A stretch of DNA of 64,000 nt, from the NCBI GenBank assembly GCA_003971905.1, contig RSEE01000088.1, positions 62,001 through 126,000 of the forward strand, given 5' to 3'. This document shows, piece by piece, positions 24,508 through 37,393 of this stretch. The first letter of the stretch is position 1. The number at the start of each line of letters is the position of its first letter. The notes beneath the pieces are model-generated. The model searched no databases, was not told the origin of the DNA, and saw only the letters and a program-made list of their open reading frames with translations. Source of the DNA: Moniliella sp. 'wahieum' (lineage: Eukaryota). The position numbers and the translations under genes were made by a program.

Positions 24508-25142
24508 TTAGCCCGCTACACTCTTAATCGAGATAGCCGTAGTGACCAGTCGCTCCAGTTGCTTTGGATCGTCTCGAACCGAGGGGGCGGTGCTAGCGTC
24601 GGTGAGTCGGTAGACCTTGGCAATCTTGGGGAGATTGGCACAGCGGGGGAGGGAGGTGGCAAGATGGGGCGTTGGGCTCTGGGAGCCTACAATGTCGATC
24701 ATGGCGTCCTGAATTTTCTTCCTTTCTTCTTCCGACGTGGGAGGGGAGACACGGAGAACAAGAAGGTCGCGAGTGGCGGGACCAACACCAAAAGTGCGCA
24801 AGGCGTCCCCGATGTTGTTGGAGGGGTGGAAGGCAAAGATGATCTCGCCATGGACCGAGGCCGATTTCATCCCATACGGCTCATTCTCCGAATAGGGCCC
24901 CCTGGAAGCGGCCAGCAAGGCCTGGTGGGCGGCCGTCAGCGCCACGGACAGCGAGGGGACCATGCTGGCATCGACAAAGGCAAAGTTAACCGCCGCACGT
25001 TCGGGGCTGTCGGGGGCGAGAGCAGAGGCGGCGATGAGGCGGGACTTGAGCTCAGCACCGGCCCCTTCAGGTATGGAAGGAAAGAGGGCAAGGTGGATCT
25101 CGCGCAAGGCCAGCGGGAGATGGGGAAGGTGTACGTCTCCAT
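24508..25142 (-). CDS. CGI121: KEOPS/EKC complex subunit Cgi121 (TPRKB family); 1-nt frameshift near start
   Basis: METYTFP(H)LPLALREIHLALF...NFAFVDASMV...MKSASVHGEIIFAFHPSNNIGDALRTFGV...KIAKVYRL...LERLVTTAISIKSV. One extra C in the CCCC run joins ATG 25142 to ORF 24508-25278. Confidence 0.85.
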
Positions 25143-25327
25143 CGCGAGCGGCGGCGAGATGGTATTGGTGCGCTTGGAAAACGCCAGGCGGCGGCGGGGT
25201 TCTTTTTGACCAGCAAAACGAAATCACCACCAGGCCACGTGATCCGCCTGAACGTTTCAGCACGTGGGCGATCTGCATGTGTTGGTCGGTTGACGCTTCC
25301 GTCTCGAGGGCGTGGGCTCAAACAATC

Positions 25328-25395
25328 CTCTCAACTCTCAACTCCAAGTCTCAACTCTAACTCTCAACTCCAAGTCTCAACTCTAACTCTCAACC
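25328..25395. repeat. CTCAACT-type heptamer-based tandem repeat upstream of CGI121
   Basis: ctcaactctcaactccaagtctcaactctaactctcaactccaag... Confidence 0.7.
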
Positions 25396-26065
25396 CTCCA
25401 TCCGGAGGACGTGCTCACCACACACAAGAAGTATCGCATGGGGAAGGACAGCAACGTCAAACGGAATCATTTACCCACAGGGGAACAGGGAACAGGAAAC
25501 AGGCTCGTCACAATCAACCGCCATGGATGCAATCCAAGGTCGGAAGAGGGGGGTGGGGGAAGGGGAAAGGGGGAAGGGGGAATGGGGAAAGGGAAAATGA
25601 TGAGAGACCGGAACGTGAAGGGGAAAATGAAGCGGAAGCATCAACGTTTTGATGGGAGGAGTCAATGATGCGAAGAGGACGAGAGTGGCTCATGGAGCTC
25701 ATCGCTCATCCCTGGGAGAGTCATGATATCATCGACATCAACCATCCCTCACCGTCGTCGATCAGTACGATGCACTCTGGTGGGCGACGACGATGAGTGA
25801 TGTGATTCGATTGTGAATGCAATGGGGGCAAAAAGATGCCGGGGGGGGGAGGGGGGGGGCAAATAAATGGTGATAAGGAGGAAGGAAGATGGGCAGGGGC
25901 AAAGGACAACCTCGTGGTGGAGACAGTGGAGGCGAGGAGGTAAAGACGACGGGGCGAGACAGCACATGCGCGAGTCGGAGCAGAAGCAGAAGAAAAATCG
26001 AAACCGAAACCGAAACTGAAGCAAGCTGCAGAGGGAATCTGAAGCTGAAGCAACCAGAAACAGAA

Positions 26066-26120
26066 GCCAATGCGGAACGCCAAACGCCAAACGCCAAACG
26101 CCAAACGCCAAACGCCAAAC
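26066..26120. repeat. (AAACGCC)n heptamer microsatellite
   Basis: About 7 copies directly visible. Confidence 0.9.
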
Positions 26121-26129
26121 GGCGACGGC

Positions 26130-29100
26130 GGTAGGTCGGCAGAGTTAGGAACGGAACAACGGCGGGCTGGTGATCCGTGGGAGGCGAGAGGAAGGGAGCG
26201 GGAGGTGGAGGAAGACTGGGAGTGGGAGTGGGAGCTGGAGCGGGGGAGAAGGTGAGTGCGGACGGGGGTGGGGATCCGCGAGGGGGAATCATCAAAGAGG
26301 GAGGGGAGGGCTGTGCTGGGACGCGAAGTGGAGCTGGGGGTGAGGCTGGCGCGACTGGGGATACGGGTGCGGGGGCAGGAGCGGTGGAAGGCGTAGTGCG
26401 GTGGGTGGGCTCAGTGACCACGCGCTGGGTCCGGGGAGTGCGACTGGGTTCGTGCAGCGTCGCATACGCTGTCCCACCCGCTCGGCCTAGCGAGGACGAC
26501 GCGGCCCTGTGAGTCCTGGTGGGGGTGGGGGTGGGGGTGGGCGAGGTGGCGTGCGTCCTGGGTGCGGCTGCAACCGATTGCGGACGCACAATCCCCCCCG
26601 GTGCCATAGAGGATGGCGATGGAGACGCTGAAAGCGAAGGCGACGCACGCGAGGTGGGCAATGCCAACCCATCCCCGCTTCCAGGCATGGAGGTGACACG
26701 CGAGCGGACGCGCTGATGCGGCTGGTGCGATGTGGCAGAGGGAAACAGCGACGCCTGTGGCGACAAGACCAACGAGTTGGCTTGCAAAATCGCTTGGTCC
26801 ACTTTGGACGTGGACAACTTTTGGTTCCGTCCATTGCCCCGCGGAGTGTCGGTGACAGAAATGTCGACTTCGCCCGTAAAGTGCTGGGTGATGAAGCTGG
26901 CAAGCTCTTGCCACCCGCCTCCAATCCGGACCATGACCGTCTTGGAGCGGAGGATGCGGCAGTACACCACCCGGGGTTCCGACATGGGGTTGTCAGGGTC
27001 CTCGAGCAAGTAATACCCAATCTTGTCTTTCCATTCTGGTGCTGGCGCCGAAGGCTGGTCTGGCGCCTTACGCACAGCGACCGCAACCTGCATCGCAAAC
27101 CAAAAACGTCAGCATCCAATCACCCAGTCGCACCCACTCCCCACTACAACAAGAAGTATCACTTACAGGCAGCTTGCGCACCACATTCCCCACGGTCATG
27201 TCGAGCAAGTTGTTGGGGTTGGCGCGGTACGTGTTGGCCGGGTACTTTCTCTTGGGCCGAACTGAGGTGGGACTGACATGGTGTGAGTAGTGCGACACAG
27301 CCTCCAGCGGTGGGAGCCCATGGCCAAGGTGGGTATTTTGGGAGGCAGAGCGTGGTGGCGAGCCGGCCAACCCACGAAGGGGGGAGAACGTAGGAAACTG
27401 TGCGTGCGGCCGCAACAGAGTGAGGGCGATGGCCGGAGGACAGCCGTGGTTGCCGTGGACGCGGGAGCGTTGTCCAAGGCAACGCTTTCCGCGGCGTACT
27501 CCTCCCCGATCTTGTCAATCCGGGTGGGGGGCTGGTGTTGCTCAACGAGGCACGCCCCACGTTACGCCAGGGCGTACGGGGCGAGGCCAAGGTGCTGGGC
27601 GAAGGTGCAGGTCGGCTACGGAGCACGACCCGGGTCTTAAGGGCCGCAGGTCTCTGAGGCAGACGTGCCAACGCCGACCGACGTGGCCGCTCCCGAGGGA
27701 GAGAGCCCCCATCGGAGGGGGCTCCTCTTCGTCCTCTTCCCCGATGCTGAGCATGCCTCCCTGAGACAAGCGGCGTTTCATCCGCTCCAGTGCATTGGGA
27801 AAAGGCGCGGCCGCGGGCAAGACCGGTCCAGAAGGGACTTCGCTAGAAGCCGCTTGCCATACGTCCTCCATCTCTTGTCCCAGATTCTGCATCGTTTGCA
27901 ACGCAGCGTTGCGGAGGTGACGCTGAGCAGGGACTGAGCCGGGTCTGAGCCGCCTCTCCAGCGGGGCTGAGCTGGGTCTGTGCCGCTTCGCCAGCGGGGG
28001 GAGGGGTGGAAGGTTCGGTGCCGGCCAGCGATCCTGAGGTAGGCGAGCGGGGTTGCGGGATGGACCTCTCCTGCGTTGCTTCGGCTTCACCTGAGCCGAC
28101 AGCAGAGGGGGATCCGGTCGGCGCGGACACGGGGTCGGCCTCGAGTTCGGCTTCGGGAAGCTGCACCAGTGCTTGCACAGCCGCCTCAAAGAGCACATCC
28201 ATCTCTTCCAAGTGCGCTAGGTCCTCTTCGGTCCAAGGTTTGTTCGCAGGGGTGTTGGGGTCGGTGATGCGGGGCACGCTCTTTCCCGCGGTGGGGGAGC
28301 TAAGTGGGTCCTCCTCATGCCCACCTGAATGCGGAACCTGGGAATGGGACGCAACCAGCTGCTGGGCTTCGGCCACCGCATCATCGCAGAGGGCTGCTGC
28401 GTCGGCAAAGCTGGCCAAGGCGACGGCGAATGCAATCCGGGCACTGTGGCCAGACATGGCCTCGCCCAGACGGTTTCGAGCGTCCTGGGCCGAGGGCGGA
28501 AGCTCGCTTCCCGAGGGAGAGCGAAGGAGCACATCCTGCGCTTCACGTACCGTCTCGAGGTCCTGTCGGAGGAGCCACATAACCTCTTGCGTACCCGGCA
28601 AGTGTACCGACGAGGACATCAAGTCGCCCACATCGTCAAGACAGTGAGGACCGCGCTGCAGTTTAGCAATAACGTGTTCCAAGTGGGGGTTGGAAGCCTC
28701 CACGGGTTCGTCGGCCAAAGCTAGACGTTCGGCTTCCCGAACAGCCTCTTCGGCCTTCCGCACCGCCTCGGCGGCCGCTGCAGCTTCCTCGCGCGCCAAA
28801 CGGGACGTCTCTTCAGCCTCCTTGGCAGCCTGCTCTGCCGCCGCGTCCTCTGCCTCTTCCAGACGGGTAAGAAGGTGGGCACGGGACGAAAGGAGAGATG
28901 CACACGCCTCCCCCAAACGCGTTGGGACATCCACGCTTTCTTCCGGGACATCGACGCTTTCTTCCCGGACATCCGCACTTTCATCCGGGGCTGAGGTAGC
29001 TGAAGCAGCAGCAGGATCGGCCGAAGAAACATCCCCTAGCGGTTCAACGGCAGCTGAATCCATCTCTTGCGCATCCGCCTGCGTATCGTCGGCGCCCGTC

Positions 29101-32100
29101 TTGGTAAGCACATCGGCCGTGCCTTCGTCCGCGTCCGAGTCGGCCTCGTCGACGAAAGAGTGATGGATCACCGTCTGGTCTCCTTCGCCTTCGCCTTCCC
29201 CTTGCGCGTCCTCACTCCCTTCCTCACCCTGCATAGAAGGAAAGAGAGGCTGGACGCCTACCTGTTCTGGCGCCGACTCGACGAGGACCAGCATGTCACG
29301 CGCCAAGTGAGCCAGGTCCTGGCGCCCCTGCTCCGACAGGTCAAGAGGAGCAGCGAGGGTCTCCTTTGCGTCATCCTGGAATGCCTGAGCCTGGTCCAGA
29401 AAGTGCTGCAGTCGTGCGAGCAGGGCAGCGCGCGCCTCTTGCCGCATCTTGGCCTCGACCATTTCAGCCGCGCGCGCATGCGCCTTGATTTCGGCCTCGT
29501 GGCTTGCGCGAGCATGCACTTCTCGCTCAGCTTCCTTGGCACGCGCAAGCGCCGCTTCGAACCGTACCCTTGCATCGCGGGCCGACGCCACAGCGCGCCC
29601 AGCCGCGGCTAGCTTGGCTACCAACGTGCCCCTCTCCTCGTCCAACTCGGCACACACCCCGGCCCAATCGCGATGCCACATCCTCCTCGCTCCAATTGGC
29701 GCGCGGGGCAGGGGGGACACCCACCCGACCCGCTGCCTCGGCCACGAGGGCAGCCAACGCGCTGGCTGCAGCAAGGATCGTCTCTCTCCTCCCGACTAGC
29801 ACGGATGCATGGGCCAGCATGGCGTCTGGCTGTTCCTTGGACGGCAGCGGAGGCGAGAGGAGCTCCCTTGCGTGGGCCAGAGCGGCGGTTGCATCTTTTT
29901 GGAACAAAGCCAAGGCGGCTTGTAGTTTGGCGTTGGCCATGGCACGCTCCTCCTCCTCTTGTTGTGCACGCCGCTGTTCTTCTTCCCTTTGTGCTTGTTC
30001 TGCTTGCTCCATTTCTCGGCGCTTGGCTTCTTGCAAGGCTTGACGTTCACATTCCCGTTGCGCCTCCTCTTCTTGTACCCTACGCTCCTCCTCTTCCTGC
30101 GCGCGACGCGCCTCTTCCTCTTGCGCCCGACGCACCTCTTCCTCCCGCGCTTTTTGCGCAGCCTCAACGCACGCCTGGACACGAGCGGCTGCCTCGTCAG
30201 ACCAAGCTGCGCGTTTGCGCAGTGCGTCCGCCGTAGCGTTCAGCTCGCCCACCACATCCTTGTGCGACAAGCGCGCGCCCTCGCTGTCGCCGTGGACCAG
30301 AGGGTCTTGCACTGGCGCCTCCATCCCCACCTGGTCCATTTGGTGCGCCAAGGCGAGCGTGGCATCGCGATGCGCTGCAAGAGCCGCAACCGTCTCGGTT
30401 GCCTCCGTCTCGGCGTCAGCTTCGCCTGGCACCGCAGCAGCAGAAACGGTTGCTTGCGTCTCATCTTCAATTTCGCCTGGCCCAGCAACAGCGGCCAAGG
30501 AGGGGACCAACGCGAGCACCGAGGTAGGGAGCGCCGGTGTGACACCCGGTGCGAGCAGCTTGGCAGCTTGCGCCTGCAGCTCCTGCACGTGCGCTACAAA
30601 TTTGTTCCACTCAGCCTGCAGACGGGCTCGTCGTTCCTCCCGTTCCCGCTCCCGTTCCTGCTCGGCTTGGGCGGCGGCAGCTGCAGCTGCTGCTAGAGCC
30701 TCGGCCTCGGCTTTGGCTTTGGCTTCAGCTTCGGCTTTGGCTTCAGCTTTGGCTTTGGCTTCTTCGCGAGCTTGAGCCTGAGCTTGCGCCTCGCTTCCGC
30801 TTCTTCTGCGCCTGGGCCTGGGCCTGGGCTCGTGCTGCCTCACGCTGTGCTTGGAGGTGGCTCATGTACTGCTCGTGCCGCGCCTTGGTCTCGTTAGAAA
30901 CCTGATCCAACAAGCGCTGGACGGACCGCAAGGACGCATCGACCTCTTCCCCATGCTGACGCAGCACAGGCCAAGCAGGCGGCGGAGGGAACGCGACCGC
31001 GTCCAACGCCGCCTTGTGCGTGTGTGCTTCCGTGTCCCATTGGGCGAGTTGGGTTAGCTGGGTTAGCTGGGCCTGTGTATCCGTTTGCTCCGTTTCATCC
31101 GTTTGGTCCGTTTGGTCCGTTTGGTCCGGCTCGGTAGACGGTTCGGTAGACAGCTCGGTAGACAAGCTGGTTGGATCCGAGGGGGGTGGAGGGTGTGTGG
31201 TTGCGGCTTGGTCCTGCGCCCAGCGAAGCAGAATCGGGTGAACGTGTTGTGTCCAGCGCTGGACGGGAGAGGGTTTGGTCGGCGGCCTGCGCGCGCGCAT
31301 CCGCATGCACAGTTTGCTGAGCCCAGTCCAGCGCGGCACGGAGGGCAGCACGTGCTTGGCCCAGGATGACCACCGCGGCATTGCCCACTGCTTGTGCTGC
31401 CGTATCGTCGCCGTACAGCGGGAGACGATGGACCACCTCGTCGCCCATGTCTAGTCCGGCCAGGTCGGCCTGGGGATGGGCAAGGATCGCCTTGGCAGCC
31501 GCTACGTGGTCCGGTTCGGGCGTGGGGGCAAGGGCGGACGAGGTCGGGAGATGTGCAGCTTGGTGCAGCAGGTCCTGGTGGGCACCTAGTTGGCTCTTGG
31601 CTTGGTCCACCAAGGCCAGAGCGGCCTTGGCTTGGGCCGCACGGGCATGTTCGGTGGTGCCCATGGACCGGAGTGCGGTCAATTCGGTCGTGACCGACTC
31701 GGCACGGGTTTGCAGTGCCTCGAGCTGCTTCTGCGCTGCCTCGTTCCATTCGTCCCACCCTTCTTGGGGCACGGGCGGGCACGGCTGCGTCTCAGCTGGG
31801 GCTACAACCTCCATCTCCCACGGTTCAAATGGCAAGGAACAAGGCAAGGACTCGCCTTGCAACGCAGGCAGCAGAGCGGTGTGCACTTGTTCTGCGCTGG
31901 GCAACCTACAGCCACGCGCGCGTTCCAGCTCGATCCTGTACTGCGCCGCATCGCGTTCCCCATCAGCCAAACGCTGTTGCATCCGCGCCGCCTCTTGGGT
32001 CCAGGCCAAGGCGGCAACAAGGTGGCTCGGCTCGCGCGGCGCAACGCACGGTACGAACTGGTCCAGACGCGTTTGAAGTGTTGCGGCCGGCACACCTTGT

Positions 32101-33707
32101 GCGCGACAATGGGCACTGGCACGGTTCAGTGATTCTTCCCATTCCTCGAGCGTGGCCAGCGCAGCCGCACGTGCTTCAGTGGCTTGGTGCACGACGGCCT
32201 CCAGCCCGTCCAAGTCCAACGTCGGCACGGCCTGCACCAGTGCCGTTTCGGCGCGGACCAAGCTCTGTTCCGCCGACGCGACTTGGTTGTTCGCCACCTC
32301 ACTTGCCCAGAGCATGGTGGAACACAGCGTGTCCAGCGCCGCACACGCCTCTTCGATCCGCGTATGCAGCGCAATCGCCTTGCGCACTTTGGCCATCGAT
32401 TCCGTACAGATCTCTTCCAGGCCACGCAGTAGCGCCGCGTTGGCGGCGGCTTGGGTCGGGTAGGCAGGATGGGTGGGCGTGCTGGGCAAATGCGAGGAGC
32501 GGAGGAGGACCCGCCCCCGCCCCGTGTCAAGGTAGCGGGTTAGACCTTCATCTTCTTCCCCGTGGTGGACTGCTGGGCCGCAGCCGATCCAGCGGCGATC
32601 GCGGCGGCGCGAGCGCGGAGCGAAGCCAGCTTGCGTGCGAGCGAGGTACGTTTGGCACCTTCGGGCCATGCCAGCAGCTTGGGCGAGCGGGAGCCCTCGA
32701 GGGAATTGGGTGCCGAGACGGGAGACAGGCGGGGATGCAGCAACGGTTCCAATCGCATCACCAACTTGTCAGCTGCCTTTCCCAACGAGCGCAGCGACAC
32801 GAGCGTCTCTTCCGCCTGGGATGCCTGGGCCGCCAGCGCTGCCAAAAAGACCAGGCGCGCCTGGAGGTCGTCCACTGCGTTTTCCAACGCATCCTGGGCA
32901 TCCAGCATGGCCTCGGGTACATGGGCACAATCGATCATGGCGTCCATCGCGGCCGCGGCGGCGCCCACATCGCGTGCTGCCCAGACGCCGACCTTGGCGC
33001 GCAGTTGGGCGACATCGAGCAGCAAGAGTTCGCGCGCGGTGGCGCGGGCCATGGCGCTGCGGCTGCGCTCCGAAGGCGCGGCGGGGGGCAGGGGCAGGGG
33101 CGGCACGGTGGGGGCGTGGAGGTGGAGGCGGAGGCGGGTGGATCGGGGAGGAGGTAGAGGGCATGGGGGCGGGCCGTGTCGGCCATGGCGGCGAGCAGGG
33201 TGGCATGGGTGGACCAGGCGACGGCGCAGGCTGCGTCCCAGGCGAGGCGGGCGCGGAGGAGGGTGAGGTGGGTGGTGCGTGCGGACAGGAGCAGCAGCAG
33301 CGGTCGAGGGCGTAGAGGGTGTGGAGGGCGAGCTCGACCAGGTCGGTGTCGGCGGGCGTCATGGGGCGTGCGACGCTTGCTGGGGGCAGAGAGTAGTTAG
33401 TAGGAGCTGAGTGGGGGCTACGTGACGTACCCTTGGCCAGGGCGCGGAGCCGGGCCATGTCGTGCTGCTGGAACTGGGCGGCGTGGGCCTGGGCGTGCTG
33501 AGCAGTGGCGGACCAGGCGGCGAGCTGGTCGGGGAGCAGGGCGGGCGTCGGGGGAGAAGGGGTCGGGGTGGGGCAGCGCATCCAGCTGGGCGACCTGGGC
33601 GTCGAGGGTGGCCTTGCGGCGGGCAAAGGCGGCGAGGGCGTCGGCGGCGCCGGGCTCGAGGGAGTGGAGGGGGGGCGGGGGGGGGGTGGGGAGGGCGCAT
33701 GGGGCAT
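26130..33707 (-). CDS. Very large (~2400 aa) helical/coiled-coil protein with C-terminal GAS2/GAR microtubule-binding domain; multiple frameshifts; intron 27166-27088; ends approximate
   Basis: GAR motif YRANPNNLLDMTVGNVVRKLP|V...WKDKIGYY...RVVYCRILRSKTVMVRIGGGWQELASFITQHF. Contiguous Ala/Glu-rich helical ORFs on the minus strand (27843-29774, 29527-30843, 31095-32669, 32540-33106). Confidence 0.75.
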
Positions 33708-34143
33708 GCCGGCGGGGGAGATGGTGGTGGGGGCGCAGAGTGGGCGCAGGCGGGAGCAGCGGCGGACACGAGTGAAATTGCAATGCTCTGTCGGATAACT
33801 ATACCAGACGCAGCGAGTCTTGTTCTATGCAGCAGACCCTGCCGCTCGGCTTTCTGGCTGCTGCGGCGGACTGCAGCATGCATGCCGCACATGCAGCACC
33901 CCTGGCCACCGGCCCTGTGGGCGCCTGCGCCTGCCCCGTGCAGGTGGCAACGCACCCGCACCCAGGCACACACACGCCGCCCAGCACAAGCAGCCTGCGT
34001 GCCGCTCGTGCAGCATCTGCAGCGGCCTTGCATCCGCCACACTCGCCCCCCGCAACAGCACGCTGCTCCGACGCCTCGCTTACGCCCGTGTTATATATCC
34101 CCCCGCGCCTTGCCCCCCCGCCCCCTCTCTGCCACCCCCCCCC

Positions 34144-36258
34144 ATGTCCTCTGCCCCGTCCGCAGCCGTCCTCGTCTCCCACCACCTCCCCCCCACTGGT
34201 GCGTCCTCTGCTCTGCGTCTCTCTCTGCCTGGCCTGACCCCCCCCAACCTTATTACCAGTCGACGAGGGCCAGCTGCGCCTCCTCTTTGGCCCCCGCGCC
34301 CCCTTCACCCACCTCCGCCTCTTCCCCCCCGACGACACGGGCCATGCCCACGCCCAGCTCGGCTTTGCCTCTGCCCAGGACGCCCTCCACGCCCTCCGCC
34401 TCCACGGACAGCTCGTCTTTGGCACCCACATCGACGTCGAGCCCCTCCCGCCGCCCGCCGCCGCACCCGCCGTGCCTGCCAGCCCGCCCCGCCCCACCGC
34501 CCGCCTGCCCGTCGCCTCCCTCGCCTACCATGCCGCCCGTGTGCACGACCTGCGCCCGCACTCCGTCTACCACCCCCGCCGCCGGCACGCGAGGACCACG
34601 CCAACGACTCCAACCTCTATGTGCTCAACCTGCCCCTCGACGCCACCACCCACCAGCTCGAACACCTCTTCAGTCCCTATGGCCGCGTCACCCACTCCAT
34701 GATCCTCGCCATGCTCGATGGCCAGGCGCGTCGACGGGGCTTTGTCGACCTCGCCACCCCGGACGAGGCAAGCCGCGCAATCGAGGCGTTGAATGGGTAT
34801 GCGTGGAACGGGTACCCGATCGAAGTGTCCTATGCCATTGTGCAGCGCTCGCCTGCCTCGTTTGACCAGGTTGGTCGCTACCCCACGCGCTCTCGCCCGC
34901 ACCCGGCACGCGAGGTGCGCGAACCGTCGCCGTACCCCACCTTGGACCGGTATGAGCGCTACGAACGGTACGAACGGTACAGCAGTATTGAGCGTGGCGG
35001 GTTTGGTGGTGGTGGTGGTGGTGGTGGTGGTGGCGAGTATCACAGTTCTCCCTATGCGCCCTACCCTTCGCTCCCGCACGACGATCAAGCGATTGCCTCT
35101 TGCTCCTCCTCTTCGTGGCGCGCGTCGTACCCTTTGCTGCCGCCGCGCTCCACCTCGGCCACGGAGACGGAAACGGTGGTTGTGGCGGGTCTGTCGGAAG
35201 ACGTGACGGATGACATGTTGTACCAACTGGGCCGACGGTTTGGTCCGCTGGTCGAAGCGAGGGTGCATGCTTACCCCGCCCGACTGGGCTGGATGACCTT
35301 TGTCGATGGCGATGCGGCGCAGTGTGCGGCCGAGCAGCTGCAAGGCCGACGAATTGGTCGTGGCGAGACGCCGGTGCGCGTCGTGCCCACCGACCCACCG
35401 CGTGCATCGTCCTCATCGTGGACCGAGTGGGGCCCGCGCTTGCTCCACCACGGTTCGGAACCCGTTCTTTCGCACGACCCATGGCCTCGGCTGGGGGAAA
35501 CGGGTGCCTCGCCATCGCCCGTATCGCAATCCGCCTCGTTGGTGGCCTCGGGGCTGAGTGCGCCATCGTCCCACTCGTCCCGTCGGTCGAGCCACGAAGA
35601 ACCGCCGACGCCAGATGTGGAACGACCGTGGCTTACCCTACCTTCCGTGTCGTCGCACAGTACCGCGCGCCCTCGACTGGACACGTTAGGTCCAGCCTGG
35701 TCCAAGCCTATGACAGCCACGGCCCCACCGTTCCATCCGCGCGGTTGGGCCTGGCGCCCCCTCCCACACCCACCCGGCCTTGGAGGCCGTCGGGATCAAG
35801 GCTGCTCTGACCCTGTTGGACGACGACGATGACGAGGAACAAGATCAAGCCCTCAACTCGGGCTCGACCACCGACACTCGACGACCACACCCCCCGCCAC
35901 CACGCCGCTTCCCTCCCCCTCCCCCCCGCTCGACCCGATCGAGCCGGGACGCGAGTCTGGGGTTGGGCCGGGGTCGGGGTCTGGGTCTGGGTCTGGGTTG
36001 GAGGCTGGGAGTGGGACGGGGACAGGGATTGACCCTGCTTCTGGGCCAGAATCAGGAGCAGAAACAGGATCTGGAGCTGGAGCTGGAGCTGGAGCAGGAG
36101 TTGAAGTTGGATCACGTGGGCAAGCGGCCAAGCTAATGGCCGAGCCTACTTCTGCTCCGCGGCAAAGGCTCTGGTCTTTGACCCCCTCGGCCTCGGTGCG
36201 GGAAGTGATGGATACCGCTGGCCTGTCGGAGCAAACGAAAGGACTGCGTCTGACCTAA
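34144..36258 (+). CDS. RNA-binding protein with three RRM domains; frameshifted, 3' end uncertain (35832 or 36258)
   Basis: RRM2 NLYVLNLP...RRRGFVDL...AIEALNGY...IEVSYA; RRM3 TVVVAGLSEDVTD...LGWMTF; RRM1 DEGQLRLLFG...AQLGFASAQDALHALRLHG in a shifted frame. Confidence 0.75.
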
Positions 36259-36599
36259 CTTGCCCATCCGACTCCTCCCGGTGCCAGGCGCGATTGACCT
36301 GCGAAGATGGACAGTGACCTGCTTTTTGATCGTGAGATGGTCCCAAGATCCTGCGCCCGTTCCCACACCGGTTGCATCGATAACCCCTTCCCCGCTCCAC
36401 CACCACCACCACCTCCTCCTCCAGCCCTCCCACCAAGCGCGTCAAGCTGTGAGCATGTTGTGGGTCGTTCCGTTGCAGGCTGGTCTGTCTTGGTACATAT
36501 GTTATTGCCCCTTTTTTGCCCTTTTGCCAGTTTGGTTTGCCGTTTAGACATCGTTGCCACATTGTTGCCGCTGCCGCCTCTTTTTTTTTCTGGTGTTTT

Positions 36600-36770
36600 G
36601 CCTCCCTGTGCCCTGTGCTTTGTGCCCTGCCCTGTCACATGTCATTACGCCTTGTCATGCTCTGTTCTGCCCTGCCCTGTCCCGCCCATGCCCCATCATG
36701 CCCTGCCTTGTCATGCCCTGCCTCGCCCTGCCCTGCCCTGTGCTTTGTGCCCTGTGCCCTGTGCCCTGGG
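36600..36770. repeat. Degenerate TGCCCTG/TGCCC low-complexity repeat
   Basis: Visible 5/7-bp period. Confidence 0.7.
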
Positions 36771-37393
36771 GGCGTCCGTCCCCCTGCGCCGTTCTGTGCC
36801 TGCTGCTGCCCACCGGAAGACCATGCACCCTTTGACGGTACGAGGTGCTGTAGACCAGGAAGCGGGAAGCGGGGAGCGGGGAGCGGGAAGCGCAAACAAG
36901 TAGCGTGCAGCCGATCATGAAGCTTTTGGAGTGCAAGTGAATAATATAGGTGTAGCGAAGAAACGTGATGCGAGTGACTAGCGTCTACTGACTAGTGACG
37001 ACTTACCGGGCGAAGCGGATGAGGCACAGGGAACAAGAATACGTACGCAGTTGGCCTCTCTACAATCTATACTAGTTGCTAGTACCTGACCTGGCTAGGA
37101 CGCGTCGCGTGGCCCAGGCACCCGTTCCCGTCGGCGGTAGCATGACCATCATGTGGAAACGCTGCCTTCGACGCTACATGGTACGGACCGCCCCGCAGCG
37201 CGGGCGGATCCAACTGTGGAGGGGACTGTGAAACGAGCGGGACCAGAGGCATCGAACTAGGAACAAAGACGACAAAAGTGGCACAAGGGAAGCAAGCGGG
37301 GGCAAGGGAGGGGAGGAGAGGGTGCATCGATACCGCGCCATGTGCGATGGGTTCTGTGTGGGATGGACGGATGGATGGAGAGGAGGGAGGGAA

